A stretch of 64,000 nt of DNA, from positions 38,574 to 102,573 of the forward strand of contig CAVXOY010000015.1 of the NCBI GenBank assembly GCA_963763495.1, given 5' to 3'. Each line of letters begins with the position of its first letter. Position 1 is the first letter of the stretch. The notes under the pieces were generated by a model. The model searched no databases and had not been told where the DNA came from. It saw only the letters and a list, made by a program, of their open reading frames with translations. Made by a program: the position numbers and the translations under genes. Below are positions 41,602 to 50,562 of this stretch, piece by piece. The stretch comes from an uncultured Chloroflexia bacterium (GTDB lineage Bacteria > Chloroflexota > Dehalococcoidia > DSTF01 > JALHUB01).

Positions 41602-42489
41602 TTGGAAGCAGACAAGCTGCCGCCACGCGAAGATGACGTGTCCCCTGATGTCGGCGTTCCTGTTCCTCATGGATCGACGATCGCGGAGGACGGGCACTGG
41701 CGGGAGGCGCGAGAAGCCGCGTTGCGCAAAGTCGCCCCGGTGACAGCAACATCGAGGCAGCCTGTGGAATTGCGTGTGCTCAAGCGCTACTTGCTGGCAG
41801 CACTCGGTCTGGTCAGTATCGGCCTCTTGCTGGTAATCCTCGATGAGAGATCGCATGTCTCCCATCTAACTTCCGCCTCCGTTGTCTTGATGTTGGGCAT
41901 CATCGGCATCAGCTTTGTCGCCGTCTACCGGGCGCGCGAGGTAATGGAAGGGCTGATCCGAACGACAACCCCCACGGTCAGAGACACCGTGACCGGACTG
42001 CCGGACGAACAGTACTTCCGGCTGCGCCTGCGGGAGGAGTGCAAAAGGGTCGGCCGCTATGGGATCCCGGTATCTCTGGCGGTCATCGACGTCAATAATC
42101 TGGCATCGGTTAACGAGGCTTACGGCGATAGCTGCGGAGACGCTGTGCTGAGCCATATCGCCAGTGTGCTCGAGGCCACCAAGCGGGCATCGGACATCGC
42201 CGTCCGTCTAAGCGGAGACGAGTTCGCGCTGATCCTGCTGGAGTGCGGGAGAGATGACGCCGCTCAGTTCGTGCACCGACTGGAGCACTACGTGGCCCGC
42301 AAGCCGGCGACGGTGAGCGTCGAGACACAACCGATAACTCTGTGGATAGGCGTTACTATCGGCCTGGCGTCGGCCGCCAATGAAGACACGAGCCCGGATG
42401 AACTGCTGGCACGGGCCCGCCAGGACCTGCAGGCCGCCAAAGCCGAACGGGACGGGCGGCGGGAGCGCTGGACAAAGGCTTCCTCTTAG
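41602..42489 (+). CDS. Membrane-anchored GGDEF-domain protein (degenerate SGDEF, RxxD I-site)
   Basis: Two TM helices, then DTVTGL, VNEAYGDSCGDAVL and RASDIAVRLSGDEFALIL. Confidence 0.88.
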   Translation: MEADKLPPREDDVSPDVGVPVPHGSTIAEDGHWREAREAALRKVAPVTATSRQPVELRVLKRYLLAALGLVSIGLLLVILDERSHVSHLTSASVVLMLGIIGISFVAVYRAREVMEGLIRTTTPTVRDTVTGLPDEQYFRLRLREECKRVGRYGIPVSLAVIDVNNLASVNEAYGDSCGDAVLSHIASVLEATKRASDIAVRLSGDEFALILLECGRDDAAQFVHRLEHYVARKPATVSVETQPITLWIGVTIGLASAANEDTSPDELLARARQDLQAAKAERDGRRERWTKASS

Positions 42490-42526
42490 ACATCACTGCT
42501 CTCGAGACATCCCAATGACTAATCGG

Positions 42527-42560
42527 GGCCCCATCCATGAGATGGGGCCAGTTCTTTTCT
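42527..42560 (+). terminator. Hairpin terminator between the convergent GGDEF and oppC genes
   Basis: GGCCCCATC-CATGA-GATGGGGCC followed by AGTTCTTTTCT. Confidence 0.6.
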
Positions 42561-42624
42561 GTCCGCCGGCAAATATGCAGGGTGCGGGTCGCGCGGTGCT
42601 TAGCGCAGAATCTCGTCCGAGTGG

Positions 42625-43530
42625 CTAATGACGGATGCGCGGGTCGAGGGCGTCGCGCAAGCCGTCGCTGAGGAAGGTGAAGCTAAGCATCACCACCGCG
42701 ATGGCAATCGTCGGCGCTAGCACAACGTGGGGATAGGCGAATATCGCCTGATAACCGTCCTGGACCATTGAGCCCCAACTCGGCAGCGGCGGCGTTACGC
42801 CGATGCCGATGAAGCTGAGAGACGCCTCAGCGAAGATCGCCTGCGGCACCCCAAATGCTACGGCGACGATGACCGGCCCCAGGCAGTTTGGCAGAAGATG
42901 ACGCAAAGCGATCCGCACGTCGTTGGCGCCAAGGGAACGCGCCGCTAGGGCAAAGTCATGCTCCTTGAGAGAGAGGAGCTGGGCTCGCACGAGGCGGGCG
43001 ACTGTCGTCCACTGCACGAGGGCTATGGCGAATATGATCATCAGCAGGCTGCCGCCAAAGACAGCCCGCAAGAGGATGATGAACAGAAGGTCGGGGAAGG
43101 CGTAGGCAACGTCTGTAAGGCGCATGAGGAGGTTGTCCAGCAGCCGGCCTCCCAGCGCCGCGACTGTCCCCACAGTGAGTCCCAAGGCAAGCACGATTAC
43201 CTGAGTCACCACTCCCACAGACAGGGATACGCGAGCCCCCTGGAGGAGACGGCTCAGGATGTCACGGCCGAGAGCATCCGTCCCCAACCAGTGAGCGCTG
43301 CTTGGCCCCTGATAGATAACATCGTAGTCCTGGTGCGCGTAGTGATGGGGAACAAAGAACGGCCCAATAAGCGCCGCCCCGGCGAAGAGAAGAATGACGA
43401 AAGCCCCCGCTGCCGCCAGTCTGTTGTTCCGGAGCAGACGCCGCCATAGATCCGTGCGCGGCGATTGCCGGTCGGTTACAGGCGCAAGGTCTTCTGTCTC
43501 GACCGCCGGGATAAGCGGTCCGCCTCTCAT
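42625..43530 (-). CDS. Peptide ABC transporter permease (OppC/DppC)
   Basis: HWLGTDALGRD, ARVSLSVG, ARSLGA..RIALRHLLPN, EASLSFIG and DGLRDALDPR. Confidence 0.93.
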   Translation of the reverse strand: MRGGPLIPAVETEDLAPVTDRQSPRTDLWRRLLRNNRLAAAGAFVILLFAGAALIGPFFVPHHYAHQDYDVIYQGPSSAHWLGTDALGRDILSRLLQGARVSLSVGVVTQVIVLALGLTVGTVAALGGRLLDNLLMRLTDVAYAFPDLLFIILLRAVFGGSLLMIIFAIALVQWTTVARLVRAQLLSLKEHDFALAARSLGANDVRIALRHLLPNCLGPVIVAVAFGVPQAIFAEASLSFIGIGVTPPLPSWGSMVQDGYQAIFAYPHVVLAPTIAIAVVMLSFTFLSDGLRDALDPRIRH

Positions 43531-43539
43531 GGCGTCCTC

Positions 43540-44457
43540 CTAGCCGTAGCGGATGCGGGGGTCAACCACCGCATAGAGCATATCAACGGCCAGATTCACA
43601 ACGGCGACGATGAAGGCATAGAAAATCGTCGCGCCCATGATCAGGCCGTAGTCTCGGGCGAACACGCCTTGGACAAAGAGCCGGCCGGTCCCCGGTATCG
43701 AAAAGAAGCTCTCGACGATGAACGATCCAGTCACCAGACTGACGGCTATCGGGCCGGCGACGGTGAGAATAGGAATGAGGGCGTTTTTCGTCGCGTGACG
43801 CAGGAGTACCACCTGCTCCCGCAAGCCCTTCGATCTCGCGGTGAGGATGTACTCCTGGCCCAGCACCTCAAGCATGCTGGCGCGGGTGATGCGAGCTATG
43901 TAGGCGACCGGTAGCGTAGCCAATGCTATGGCCGGCATGATCGCCTGCTTCGGGCTTCCCCAACCCCCAGTGGGCAGCCAGTGGAGGTGGACGGAGAAGA
44001 TAACTACCAGAAGCACTCCCAGGACGAATGTAGGTGTACTAGCGGCGCTGGCGGAGATGATTGAGCTTGCGCGATCGAGAACGCTGTTCTGCCGCAGAGC
44101 AGCAACCATACCCAAGGTGAGCCCCAGACACATGGCAACAGTAAAGGCCAGCAGTCCCAGAGTGGCTGTAGTCGAAAACCCACTCCGCAGGAGATCGGTA
44201 ACAGGGCGGCCCTGATTGGTGTAGGAGATGCCTAGGTCGCCGCGGAGAGCGTTCCCGATGAAGGTCAGGAATTGCTGCCACAGGGGCTGGTCCAGGCCGT
44301 ACTTGTGATTGAGATTGGCGACAGTTACCGGATCGAGAGGCTTATCACTGTCCCACGGTCCACCCGAGACAGCGTGCATGAGCAAGAAGGTGACAAGGGC
44401 GACGGCGAAGAGAACCGGCCCCATGTAGAGGATGCGTCTGAGAAGATAGCCAGCCAT
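43540..44457 (-). CDS. Peptide ABC transporter permease (OppB/DppB)
   Basis: KYGLDQPLWQQF, GDLGIS, EYILTARSKGL, HATKNA, VESFFSIPG.G and DPRIRY. Confidence 0.93.
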   Translation of the reverse strand: MAGYLLRRILYMGPVLFAVALVTFLLMHAVSGGPWDSDKPLDPVTVANLNHKYGLDQPLWQQFLTFIGNALRGDLGISYTNQGRPVTDLLRSGFSTTATLGLLAFTVAMCLGLTLGMVAALRQNSVLDRASSIISASAASTPTFVLGVLLVVIFSVHLHWLPTGGWGSPKQAIMPAIALATLPVAYIARITRASMLEVLGQEYILTARSKGLREQVVLLRHATKNALIPILTVAGPIAVSLVTGSFIVESFFSIPGTGRLFVQGVFARDYGLIMGATIFYAFIVAVVNLAVDMLYAVVDPRIRYG

Positions 44458-44481
44458 CGCTAGTCGTCACCATTGGAGGAG

Positions 44482-44516
44482 AGGCCGGCCCGGAGGCTAG
44501 TCCACCGGGCCGGCCT
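44482..44516 (-). other. GC-rich hairpin between oppA and oppB (mRNA-stabilising or attenuating)
   Basis: AGGCCGGCCCGG / CCGGGCCGGCCT 12-bp stem with no U tract. Confidence 0.55.
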
Positions 44517-44524
44517 AGAAGTGT

Positions 44525-46236
44525 CTAGTGTTGGACGATGTAGGTCTGCGTCAAGAACAGTTCACCGTCAAGCCCCGCATCCATCCCTGTCAGGATGAGG
44601 CTCTTGACGTACGGCTTGACAAGGCGGACCCGCTCGCGATAACTGACGAATATCGCCGCAGCGTCGCTTAATCAGCACTTGCTGGGCCTGACTCCACAGC
44701 GCCAAACGCTTTTCAGGGTCAGGTTCAGCGATTGCCTGCTGCACGAGAGTGTCGAACTCGGCATTGCTGTAGCCGGAGAGGTTGCTGCCACCGGTGCTCC
44801 CGAAGTTCTGGGGGAGCAGACTGTCGGGGTCAGGATAGTCAGCACCAAGCCCTATCGGTACGATCATGAACTGACCCTGCATGATCGTGGCAGAGAACGC
44901 CCGCGGCTCCAGTGGCTGGAGTTCTACTTTGACACCGAGGTTCTCCTCAAACTGTCCCTGCGCGAACTCAGCTCGCAGCCGGTTGGCGCCGACATCGGGG
45001 AATTCAATCGTCACGCTGGGCATTGCGTCGGCACTGTAGCCTGCCTCTTCAAGAAGCTGCTTCGCCCCTTCAGGATTGTAGGCCATCTCCTCGCCCAGGT
45101 CGGGGTCGTAGCCCGCCGTCCCGGGCGGAATCAGGCTGTAGGCAACCTCGCCGACGCCAAACTGCACCTTGTCGACGAAAGCCTCTCTGTCCATAGCCAT
45201 GGCGAACGCCTGGCGAACCTTCGGATCGTCGAACGGCGGCGCATTGACGTTGAACTCGTAGGCAAAGGTGCCCATGTCGACAGACCGCACTAGCTGCTGG
45301 CTCAGTTCGGAATCGCCTTCGGCAGCACCGATGTTGGGAGGCGGCACCATTACCACGTCAAGCTCGTTGTTCAGGTAGGCGGCGTAGGCGGCATTGGGGT
45401 CGCCGATCATCTTGAGTACAAGCTTCTGCAGCTTGGGTTGATCCCCGTACCAGTAAGGGTTGGGCGTAAGGGTCATGTGGTCGTTGTGGGCCCACTCGCT
45501 CAGCACAAAGGGGCCGCTGCTGACGAGCTTCCCCGGCTCTGTCCAGCTATCTCCGAGTCCTTCCACGATGTCCTGGCGGAGAGGGTACATAGGCCAAATA
45601 GCAGCGACATAGACGAATGTGTAGCGCGGCTGGACGAGAGTCACTTTGAGGGTGTAGTCATCCACCGCTTCGACTCCGACAGCGTCTCTGAGTTGAGAGA
45701 GCGTAGCTTCGTCGACCGGCTGAGGGTCTGCCGGGTTGCCCATCGCCATGGTGTATTCCGCGGCACCCTGAATGTCGAAGTACATTGGAGCATAGGGAGA
45801 GCCGGTCATGAGGATCGAGTAGGCGCTTCACGCTGTACTCGATATCGGCGGCGGTAATGGGCTGGCCGTCGCTCCATTTGGCGTCCTCACGCAGCTTGAA
45901 AGTGTAGGTGAGGCCGTCATCGGAGATGCCGCCGTTGGTGTGCGACGGAACCTCACTGGCGAGCGCCGGCACAAGGCTCAGATTCTGGTCAAAGCTGAGT
46001 AGGCCGCTGTAGAGCTGTCGAATGACGCCGATAGAGACGCCATCCATCGCGAGATTGGGGTCGATGGTCTCCGGTTCGTTGCCAAGGTTGAGCCGGAGTT
46101 CCTGGACAGGAGCCAGTTCCTCGGCGGAGGGCTTCGTCTTCCCGTCGTCACCGCAAGCGGATGAGAAGACTGCGGCCAAGATCGCAGCTGTCCCCGCCAC
46201 CAGCAACCAGAGCTTCGATTTCGATGGTATGTTCAT
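44525..46236 (-). CDS. Peptide ABC transporter substrate-binding lipoprotein (OppA family 5); frameshifts near 45810 and 44670
   Basis: Lipobox AVFSSAC, EPETIDP, DGLTYTFKLR..AKWSDG, SSGPFVL and DPKVRQAFAMAMDR. Confidence 0.9.
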
Positions 46237-46280
46237 GATCCTACCTTTCCCCTAGGTAAGCGGAAGCGGAAAGAGCTTGC

Positions 46281-46823
46281 TTACCGACTGGCAAGAGCGC
46301 TATCGGCCGTCGAAGGTGCCAAAAGCGCTCCCAACGCTTTCTCTGCCCGGTGGCGACCAACGCTGGCAGGCGCGACCCAGTGCTGGATCTGCAGGCCGTT
46401 TTCGAGGGCCAACAGCAAATCGGCTGTTATTCCCGGAGCAGCCGCCACGCCTCTTATCTTTCCTGCGATCTCCCGCAGTGCCTCGCGGCGAGCCGCATAG
46501 TACTCGGACAAACGCTCCCTGATTAGCTGTTTGCGGCCGGCTTGTTCCCAGAGCTCCATCAGGAGGCCGCCCCAGCCTTCACTACGAATGGTTCCATTCC
46601 CGTGGCTGCTACCCACCGTCTCTTCGACCACTTGGAGAAGCAACGACTCTTTGCCGCGAAAGTGGAAATAGAAGCCCCCTTTGGAGTAGCCGGCCACCCG
46701 ACAAATATCATCCACGCTGGCGCCCTCGAACCCCTTGCGGGTAAGGACCTGCAGCGCCGCCTTTAGCAGCTTTGTTCGGCCCTCCTCATGCATCCGACGT
46801 TTGGAGACACGTTGGGTTACCAT
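46281..46823 (-). CDS. TetR/AcrR-family regulator
   Basis: LLKAALQVLTRKGFEGASVDDICRVAGYSKGGFYFHF HTH. Confidence 0.92.
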   Translation of the reverse strand: MVTQRVSKRRMHEEGRTKLLKAALQVLTRKGFEGASVDDICRVAGYSKGGFYFHFRGKESLLLQVVEETVGSSHGNGTIRSEGWGGLLMELWEQAGRKQLIRERLSEYYAARREALREIAGKIRGVAAAPGITADLLLALENGLQIQHWVAPASVGRHRAEKALGALLAPSTADSALASR

Positions 46824-46845
46824 CGCGAACTACCGCCTATGATTG

Positions 46846-46874
46846 TTATCGACTCCTGAGGAGGCTGACTTTAG
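46846..46874 (-). promoter_or_regulatory. Putative sigma-28-type promoter of the tetR-oppABC unit
   Basis: Minus strand CTAAAGT..., CTAAA-N16-GTCGATAA, 22 nt before the ATG. Confidence 0.55.
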
Positions 46875-46963
46875 CGCCGCGGCTATCTGGCTGTCCCTGC
46901 GAACGCTAGAGGGGCGAAATGCCCGGATCGCAGGGTCAGATGCGATGCCCAGCAGTGCAGGGC

Positions 46964-46991
46964 TTGACACAGGCTGATTTGATGCGATAAT
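46964..46991 (+). promoter_or_regulatory. Putative sigma-70-type promoter of the small W4 ORF
   Basis: TTGACA (46964-46969), 16 nt, GATAAT (46986-46991), with TGn. Confidence 0.45.
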
Positions 46992-47085
46992 ACATACCGA
47001 CGGGTCGGTATCTCAGCGAGGCAAGCAGAGAGGAACACCAATCCCTGACCCTGACCCCGAATCGGATATTGCATGGAGGCGAAGC

Positions 47086-47184
47086 ATGAAGAAACTGCTG
47101 GCTATTGCACCGGCTGCCCTGGTTGTAGCGGCTCTGGCCGCTACCCAGGCCCTACCACTCCTCAGAATCTGGTGGTGGTGGTAG
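47086..47184 (+). CDS. Small 32-aa peptide MKKLLAIAPAALVVAALAATQALPLLRIWWWW (not in the ORF track)
   Basis: GGAGG RBS at 47075-47079, 6 nt before ATG; signal-peptide-like N-terminus; four consecutive TGG codons then TAG. Confidence 0.65.
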   Translation: MKKLLAIAPAALVVAALAATQALPLLRIWWWW

Positions 47185-47461
47185 GAGCAAGTCACAATAG
47201 GAGATCCAGTGTCTACCCGCTGTCCAGGGGTCTCTGTTGCTTCGGTGAGAGAGACCTCATGGTGGCGGGCAAGAGCGAAGATACCGGCTCGTCAAGACGT
47301 CCCACCAAGTAGCTAGCGTCGACCCGCTCGACGGTGGTTACATTCGGGGACGTTTCGTCTCCTCTCTGCTCTGCCTCGTTGCCCTTACTTGGGCATCATG
47401 CCGACATCAATCGCCGTAGTGGCATACCGTTTGAGACCGGGCTGGTCGATTTAGCCCTAAC

Positions 47462-48955
47462 CTATGCCGCTACTCTCTCCTCCAGGCCTTCCGCCCAGCC
47501 ACCTACGCACTCCAAGAATGCCTCCACCACCTGAGGATCAAACTGAATACCGTTGTTGTTTATGATCTCATCACGCGCCTGCTGCCAGTCGAGGGCGCGC
47601 CGGTAAGGCCGGTTAGAGGTCATCGCATCGAAGGCGTCAGCGACGGCGAATACGCGAGAACCGAGAGGTATCTCCTTGCCCTTAAGCCCTAGGGGGTAAC
47701 CCTTCCCGTCATACCGTTCGTGGTGAGAGTAGACGATGTCGGCGGCTTTCTCCAAGAACTTGACGTCCTTCAGCATCTCATAGCCGATGGCGGGGTGCTT
47801 CCGCATCTCCTGCCATTCTTCAGCGGTTAGAGGTCCCGCTTTGTTCAGGATGGAGTCGGCAACGCCGATCTTGCCAACGTCGTGTAGCAGCGAGGCCCGC
47901 TCGATGTCCAGCCATTCGTCGCTACCATCCTTTATCCCAAGGCGAAGCGCCATGTCCATTGTGTAGACGGAGACGCGGCTGGAGTGACCGCCGGTTTCGC
48001 TATCCCGGGCATCGAGCGCGGCAGCGAGTGCCTCCAAGGTAGCATCATACGTTTCCTTCAAACGTGAGGTCATGGCGAGGATCTCGCGGTTAGCTCGTTC
48101 TAGCTGATCGTTCTTCCTCTTCAAGACAGCGACATTGCGGGCCGTCTTGTCCACGTACTGCTTGATCGCGAGGCGCATCATGAAAGGCGGGGCCACGAAC
48201 GCCAGTAGGCCGGTCGCGCCCAGCGCCCGATAGGAAAGAGCACAGGCCAAACCGAGCAATCCGAAGACCATGTAATGGGGGAAGAGCCACTGGAACTTCT
48301 CCTGCCAAATGGCCCAAGGCCTCTGTCGCGTGGCCAAGCTGGCGACACCGGTCACCAAGAAGCTGCTGACGCCGTAGCTGACGGTCGCCGCGACGAGAGA
48401 AGCGACGACCACCTGCGGCGACACCTTGATGGCGTTGTTATCGATCAGTCCCCAAAGCACAGCAGCGGCAAGGCCATCGGCGAGGATGGCGCTGCCGACG
48501 TTGAACAGGAAGCGGTAGGAAATGACGTTTCGGGGCAAATGTAAGCTGAGGGCGGTGATCGGAGCAGCAACAACCACGCCCGATGGCCCGTAGAGAACGG
48601 CGATGGCAAAGAGGCAGATGAAACTGACGGAGACTTTGCTGTCGCTGTAGACAAGTATGCTCAGGCGATCAGCGATGGCAGCAAGCGTCGTCAGCAGGAG
48701 CAAGCCGACAAGACCAGAGTGAGGGAGGCGGGGCGCGTAGACTAGCACCACCGCCATTCCCGCCAGAAATGCCGTGACGGACAGCAGCGAGGCCTGCCAG
48801 GGTAATGTGGGCGGCGCCATTCCCTCAGCGCGAGGCTCGCGCTCAGGCATGTGCGTACCTGCGCCTATGTCAGGGCGCACGGCGACGGACAGCGGTCGTT
48901 CAATACTGAGGCCGTTGTGGTTTTCGATCGGCTCTGCCCTGTCCTGCATAGGCAT
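47462..48955 (-). CDS. HD-GYP c-di-GMP phosphodiesterase with multi-TM (MASE-like) sensor domain
   Basis: About 7-8 TM segments, a coiled coil, ALDARD, LLHDVGK, HPAIG, HHERYDGKGYPLGLKG and ADAFDAMTSNRPYR. Confidence 0.93.
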   Translation of the reverse strand: MPMQDRAEPIENHNGLSIERPLSVAVRPDIGAGTHMPEREPRAEGMAPPTLPWQASLLSVTAFLAGMAVVLVYAPRLPHSGLVGLLLLTTLAAIADRLSILVYSDSKVSVSFICLFAIAVLYGPSGVVVAAPITALSLHLPRNVISYRFLFNVGSAILADGLAAAVLWGLIDNNAIKVSPQVVVASLVAATVSYGVSSFLVTGVASLATRQRPWAIWQEKFQWLFPHYMVFGLLGLACALSYRALGATGLLAFVAPPFMMRLAIKQYVDKTARNVAVLKRKNDQLERANREILAMTSRLKETYDATLEALAAALDARDSETGGHSSRVSVYTMDMALRLGIKDGSDEWLDIERASLLHDVGKIGVADSILNKAGPLTAEEWQEMRKHPAIGYEMLKDVKFLEKAADIVYSHHERYDGKGYPLGLKGKEIPLGSRVFAVADAFDAMTSNRPYRRALDWQQARDEIINNNGIQFDPQVVEAFLECVGGWAEGLEERVAA

Positions 48956-49090
48956 TTCCGGTGCCGCTCAGTTACTTCTTCGGGCTGACGTATTCACCTT
49001 TAGTGCAACATTCGGCGCCCGCCGATAGGCATGCGCGTCGAACGGAACATCCTAACGTCATCTCAACTGCGAACTCCGCTCTCAGGGGTA

Positions 49091-49118
49091 TTATCGGCAG
49101 ATGCCGGAGGTCAAGTAG
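49091..49118 (-). promoter_or_regulatory. Putative sigma-28-type promoter of the HD-GYP gene
   Basis: Exact GCCGATAA -10 at 49098-49091; weak -35 (CTACT) 15 nt upstream. Confidence 0.4.
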
Positions 49119-49190
49119 GGTACCCCTTTTCGGGACCGGAGGCAGGTCAGTGATATGCTTCGCACATCGTCGCGAGCCAATCTCCCAAGA

Positions 49191-49916
49191 CTAGGCGGCC
49201 TCTTCAAGCTGCGGTTGAAGCTCTCGGCGGAGCAGGCAGAGGATCCGCTTGTGGAGCTGGCAGACTCGCGACTCGGAGAGTCCGAGAAGCTCGCCGATCT
49301 CATGAAACGGCCGTGACTCCCCATAGCGCAGTTGAATGATCGCCTTGTCCCGCTCGCTAAGAGATGAGACAGCGTCGACCAAGAAACCGAGGGCTACCTT
49401 GTGTTCGGTGGCCTGGGCGGGGTCTGTCAGGGCATCCTCATCGGCCAGATCCCAGCCGTAGTTGCCACCGTGACTGGGCCGGCACTCTAGAGAATACTCA
49501 AGGGATACGAGCCGGGAGTTGGTGCGCCACTTGAGCTGCTGCAGCCGGGCAGAGCTGATACCCATCCGAAAAGCGATCTCTTTGTGGGTAGGCCAGCGGC
49601 CGAGCTGGACAGCCAGCTCCTGTGAGGCCTGTTCGATCTCCTTTGCGCTTCGCCGCAGTGAGCGAGAGAGCGGGTCCTGCTTGCGCACGGCATCGAGTAT
49701 GGAGCCCCGAATGCGGCGAATGGCGAAGCTGGCAAAAGTCGTGCCCCGATCAGGGTCGTAGGCATCGACCGCCTGGATCAGTCCTTCCATACCGTAGCCA
49801 ATCGCGTCGTCCTTTTCCACGCCGGCGGCACCACCGCCATCAGCGGACATGCGGTTGACCACGAAAGCTACCAGCGGTAGATGCTTGGTTATCAATTGTT
49901 CTCGGTTCTTTGCCAT
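49191..49916 (-). CDS. RNA polymerase sigma factor, FliA/WhiG (sigma-28) family
   Basis: LITKHLPLV, GLIQAVDAYDPDRG..F..FA..RIRGSILDAVR, LVSLE, and region 4 EIGELLGLSESRVCQLH. Confidence 0.92.
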   Translation of the reverse strand: MAKNREQLITKHLPLVAFVVNRMSADGGGAAGVEKDDAIGYGMEGLIQAVDAYDPDRGTTFASFAIRRIRGSILDAVRKQDPLSRSLRRSAKEIEQASQELAVQLGRWPTHKEIAFRMGISSARLQQLKWRTNSRLVSLEYSLECRPSHGGNYGWDLADEDALTDPAQATEHKVALGFLVDAVSSLSERDKAIIQLRYGESRPFHEIGELLGLSESRVCQLHKRILCLLRRELQPQLEEAA

Positions 49917-49955
49917 GTTATGCCCCCCAGGGTTGGCGAACACTCGCCGGAGTAC

Positions 49956-49990
49956 AAAAAAGCCGTCGTCGGTAGGTCACCGACGACGGC
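49956..49990 (-). terminator. Intrinsic terminator in the sigma-28 gene leader (riboswitch expression platform)
   Basis: Minus strand GCCGTCGTCGGT-GACCT-ACCGACGACGGC-TTTTTT. Confidence 0.88.
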
Positions 49991-50047
49991 AAGTGGTCGA
50001 GAAGGTTCTTGATAATGAACTGCGAGCGCTTTTTCGCTCCAGCAGAG

Positions 50048-50142
50048 GCCTTCGGTAGCCCAGCAACCCTATCCTTCCACGGAAGGACTATAGGTCGGAG
50101 GCTTTGCGTCCCCCTCTTTCGAAGGGTTTGCCTTTGTCGGTG
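50048..50142 (-). ncRNA. c-di-GMP-I (GEMM) riboswitch aptamer
   Basis: Minus strand AAGGCAAACCCTTC-GAAA-GAGGGGGACGCAAAGCCTCCGACCTA...ATAGGGTTGCTGGGCTACCGAA matches the class I consensus (GGCAAAC, GAAA tetraloop, GGACGCAAAGCC, ACCGA). Confidence 0.92.
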
Positions 50143-50562
50143 CCCGTCTTTACTGGTTAAGGTACTCACCGGCACCCTGGCCGGTGGGTGAACCCAACTG
50201 GATCACCAAAGCAATAACGAGGAAATGCGAAGAACATATCAGCGCCCGGCAAAGATCTTCAGAACAATTTGCGGAGCCTGGGCAAGTGCTATCACAAACA
50301 CAAAGGGGTGTTGGTTCCTACTTGGCGATAAGCGGAGGTATCTGCTATTCTTTGGCAGCGGAGGTGGGGGCTTGACGCTTTGGCTAGGATTGCAGGGCTA
50401 GCTCCAGTTGTCTGACAGTCCCCTTGCACAGAGCCGCAGTTGTCCATACCTCGGCGGCGGGCCAACCGCGCGTGCTACTTGAACCGTCGGGCAGTCGGAA
50501 AACCCTGAGAGAGGGCTGGCGCAGCGCCTTTTCCGGCCGACAATTACTTGGAGTATCTATCG

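Noticed and set aside
47209-47316. Second small ORF (MSTRCPGVSVASVRETSWWRARAKIPARQDVPPSS) with AGGAG RBS
   Set aside because: It overlaps a strong hairpin and has no distinctive composition; cannot be told from chance
47086-47400. Classical trp attenuator (Trp-codon run plus hairpins)
   Set aside because: No downstream same-strand gene or trp gene, no terminator U-tract, and the peptide looks like a signal sequence
48972-49061. 29-aa Cys-containing ORF upstream of the HD-GYP gene (minus strand)
   Set aside because: Weak RBS and no modification enzymes nearby; likely a chance ORF in the leader
50475-50543. CTACTTGA...GTCGGAAA and GCCGACAA upstream of the second TetR as sigma-28 promoters
   Set aside because: Spacing or the -35 element does not fit the other three candidates; too weak to call
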